From: Candidatus Saccharimonadota bacterium
Lineage (GTDB): Archaea > Nanohalarchaeota > Nanosalinia > Nanosalinales > Nanosalinaceae
Length of the DNA: 32,000 nucleotides
NCBI GenBank assembly: GCA_001761425.1
Contig: CP012986.1
Span: 90,001 to 122,000, forward strand
Direction: 5' to 3'
Shown: positions 31,189-32,000 of the stretch, one piece after another
Layout of the letters: each line of letters starts with the position of its first letter
Position numbering within the stretch: position 1 is the stretch's first letter
Notes under the pieces: generated by a model
Database searches by the model: none
Told to the model about the DNA's origin: nothing
Seen by the model: the letters and a program-made list of their open reading frames with translations, nothing else
Made by a program: the position numbers and the translations under genes

Positions 31189-32000
31189 CTAGGCCTCCTT
31201 CTCTCTTACTTCCAGCCATGGAACGTTCAGTAGTTCGTCTTCATTTCCACCGATATAGTGGCCCCAGCCGCCCTCGCCGAGAAGTTCGCCGTGGTCCGCA
31301 GTCACTACTACTTTGCCATCAAGGCCTTCTATTAGTCTCTTTACTTCTTCTAATGCGAGTCTAAGGTCTTTCCTGTAGTATTCCTTGACTTTTTCCTCTC
31401 CTTTTTCTCTCGCTAGCTTCTCATAGTCGTTTCCAAGGCCCAATGCTCCTTTAATTTTTGCCTGGAATGTATAAGGTATGGACGAGAACACTGGGTCCCA
31501 GACAGGTCTTGTCGCATCCAGTGCTTTTCTCAAAACAGTTTCTTCTTCGTCTTCAAGCTTGTTTTTCGGCGCCCACTCAAAATTTTTCTCATTCATTGAG
31601 ATGAAAGGTCTGTGTGGCTGGATATAATGTATTACTGTTTTTGAGTATTCGAGGTTTTCCAGTGCTGTATCTGTCAGGTCTTCAGGCCTTACAGTGTTTA
31701 ATTCGTCGTCCCAGTCTTTTATCCAGGAGTCAACGACGTTCTGGAACTGTTCAGGCGCTTTCCAGCTCCAGTCTTCTCCGCTGACCAAGTCTCCAAGTGT
31801 GAGGCCTTCTCCGTTGATATATGGGTTCGCAGAGATGTAGTTGTAGCTGTATCTCCCTGTGAATGTATTTTTCAGCCACTCTGGTGTCGCAGATCCTCTT
31901 GACCTAACCTTCTTTAACTCGCCTTCTAGAAAGTCTTCGTACTCTTGTTCAAAAATGTCGTATCTGCATGCGTCCAGAACGATCAGGTAGTCCCAGTCTG
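31189..32000 (-). CDS. Soluble alkaline-phosphatase/sulfatase-superfamily protein (tandem copy 2; the 5' end lies beyond the window)
   Basis: The ORF-track start at 31788 is a TTG. My translation stays open upstream to the window end (...DWDYLIVLDACRYDIFEQEYEDFLEGELKKVRSRGSATPEWLKNTFTGRYSYNYISANPYINGEGLTLGDLVSGEDWSW...), colinear with copy 1. Confidence 0.7.
   Translation of the reverse strand, partial: DWDYLIVLDACRYDIFEQEYEDFLEGELKKVRSRGSATPEWLKNTFTGRYSYNYISANPYINGEGLTLGDLVSGEDWSWKAPEQFQNVVDSWIKDWDDELNTVRPEDLTDTALENLEYSKTVIHYIQPHRPFISMNEKNFEWAPKNKLEDEEETVLRKALDATRPVWDPVFSSIPYTFQAKIKGALGLGNDYEKLAREKGEEKVKEYYRKDLRLALEEVKRLIEGLDGKVVVTADHGELLGEGGWGHYIGGNEDELLNVPWLEVREKEA

Noticed and set aside
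1-32000. CRISPR arrays, rRNA, tRNA, IS elements and integrases.
   Set aside because: Reading both strands, I found no regularly spaced direct repeats longer than the AGGCCT hexamer, no conserved RNA gene sequences, and no transposase- or integrase-like ORFs. Manual inspection could miss short or degenerate elements.

Overview
Gene-dense archaeal chromosomal segment with about 38 protein genes. I saw no rRNA, tRNA, CRISPR array, transposase or integrase. Archaeal hallmarks are an AglB/STT3 oligosaccharyltransferase (partial, at the left edge, missing from the ORF track), SecF-SecD and NAC. The proteins are strongly acidic, the DNA looks roughly 45% GC by eye (not computed), and genes overlap by 1-14 bp. 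Together these suggest a small-genome halophilic archaeon, possibly Nanohaloarchaeota-like; this is inference only. Positions 1-10.6 kb carry housekeeping and membrane genes. Positions 10.6-32 kb form a large cell-surface glycan / N-glycosylation island. It contains five SDR epimerase/dehydratase-type genes, of which the fifth is a clear UDP-sulfoquinovose synthase. It also contains a Wzx-type flippase, a GT2 glycosyltransferase, and FolD next to a sugar-type formyltransferase. There is a CysD/PAPS-reductase-family PP-loop protein with DUF2061. There are two paralogous cytidylyltransferase-like genes, one paired with a CDP-alcohol phosphatidyltransferase-family membrane protein and one with a TagB/TagF-family glycerophosphotransferase. 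Four alkaline-phosphatase/sulfatase-superfamily genes are present (one a remnant), plus two sequon-rich lipoproteins and two ribbon-helix-helix regulators, one fused to a nucleotidyltransferase domain. The most striking sequence-level signal is the palindromic hexamer AGGCCT: about 120 copies in 32 kb against about 6 expected from composition. It occurs in all codon phases and in the spacers. It is depleted in a four-gene segment (25.1-29.4 kb) that carries two uncharacterised genes (Pol-beta-type NTase fold; ParB/Srx fold) next to the cytidylyltransferase/TagF pair. That segment is my best candidate for an undescribed phospho-alcohol glycan-modification module.
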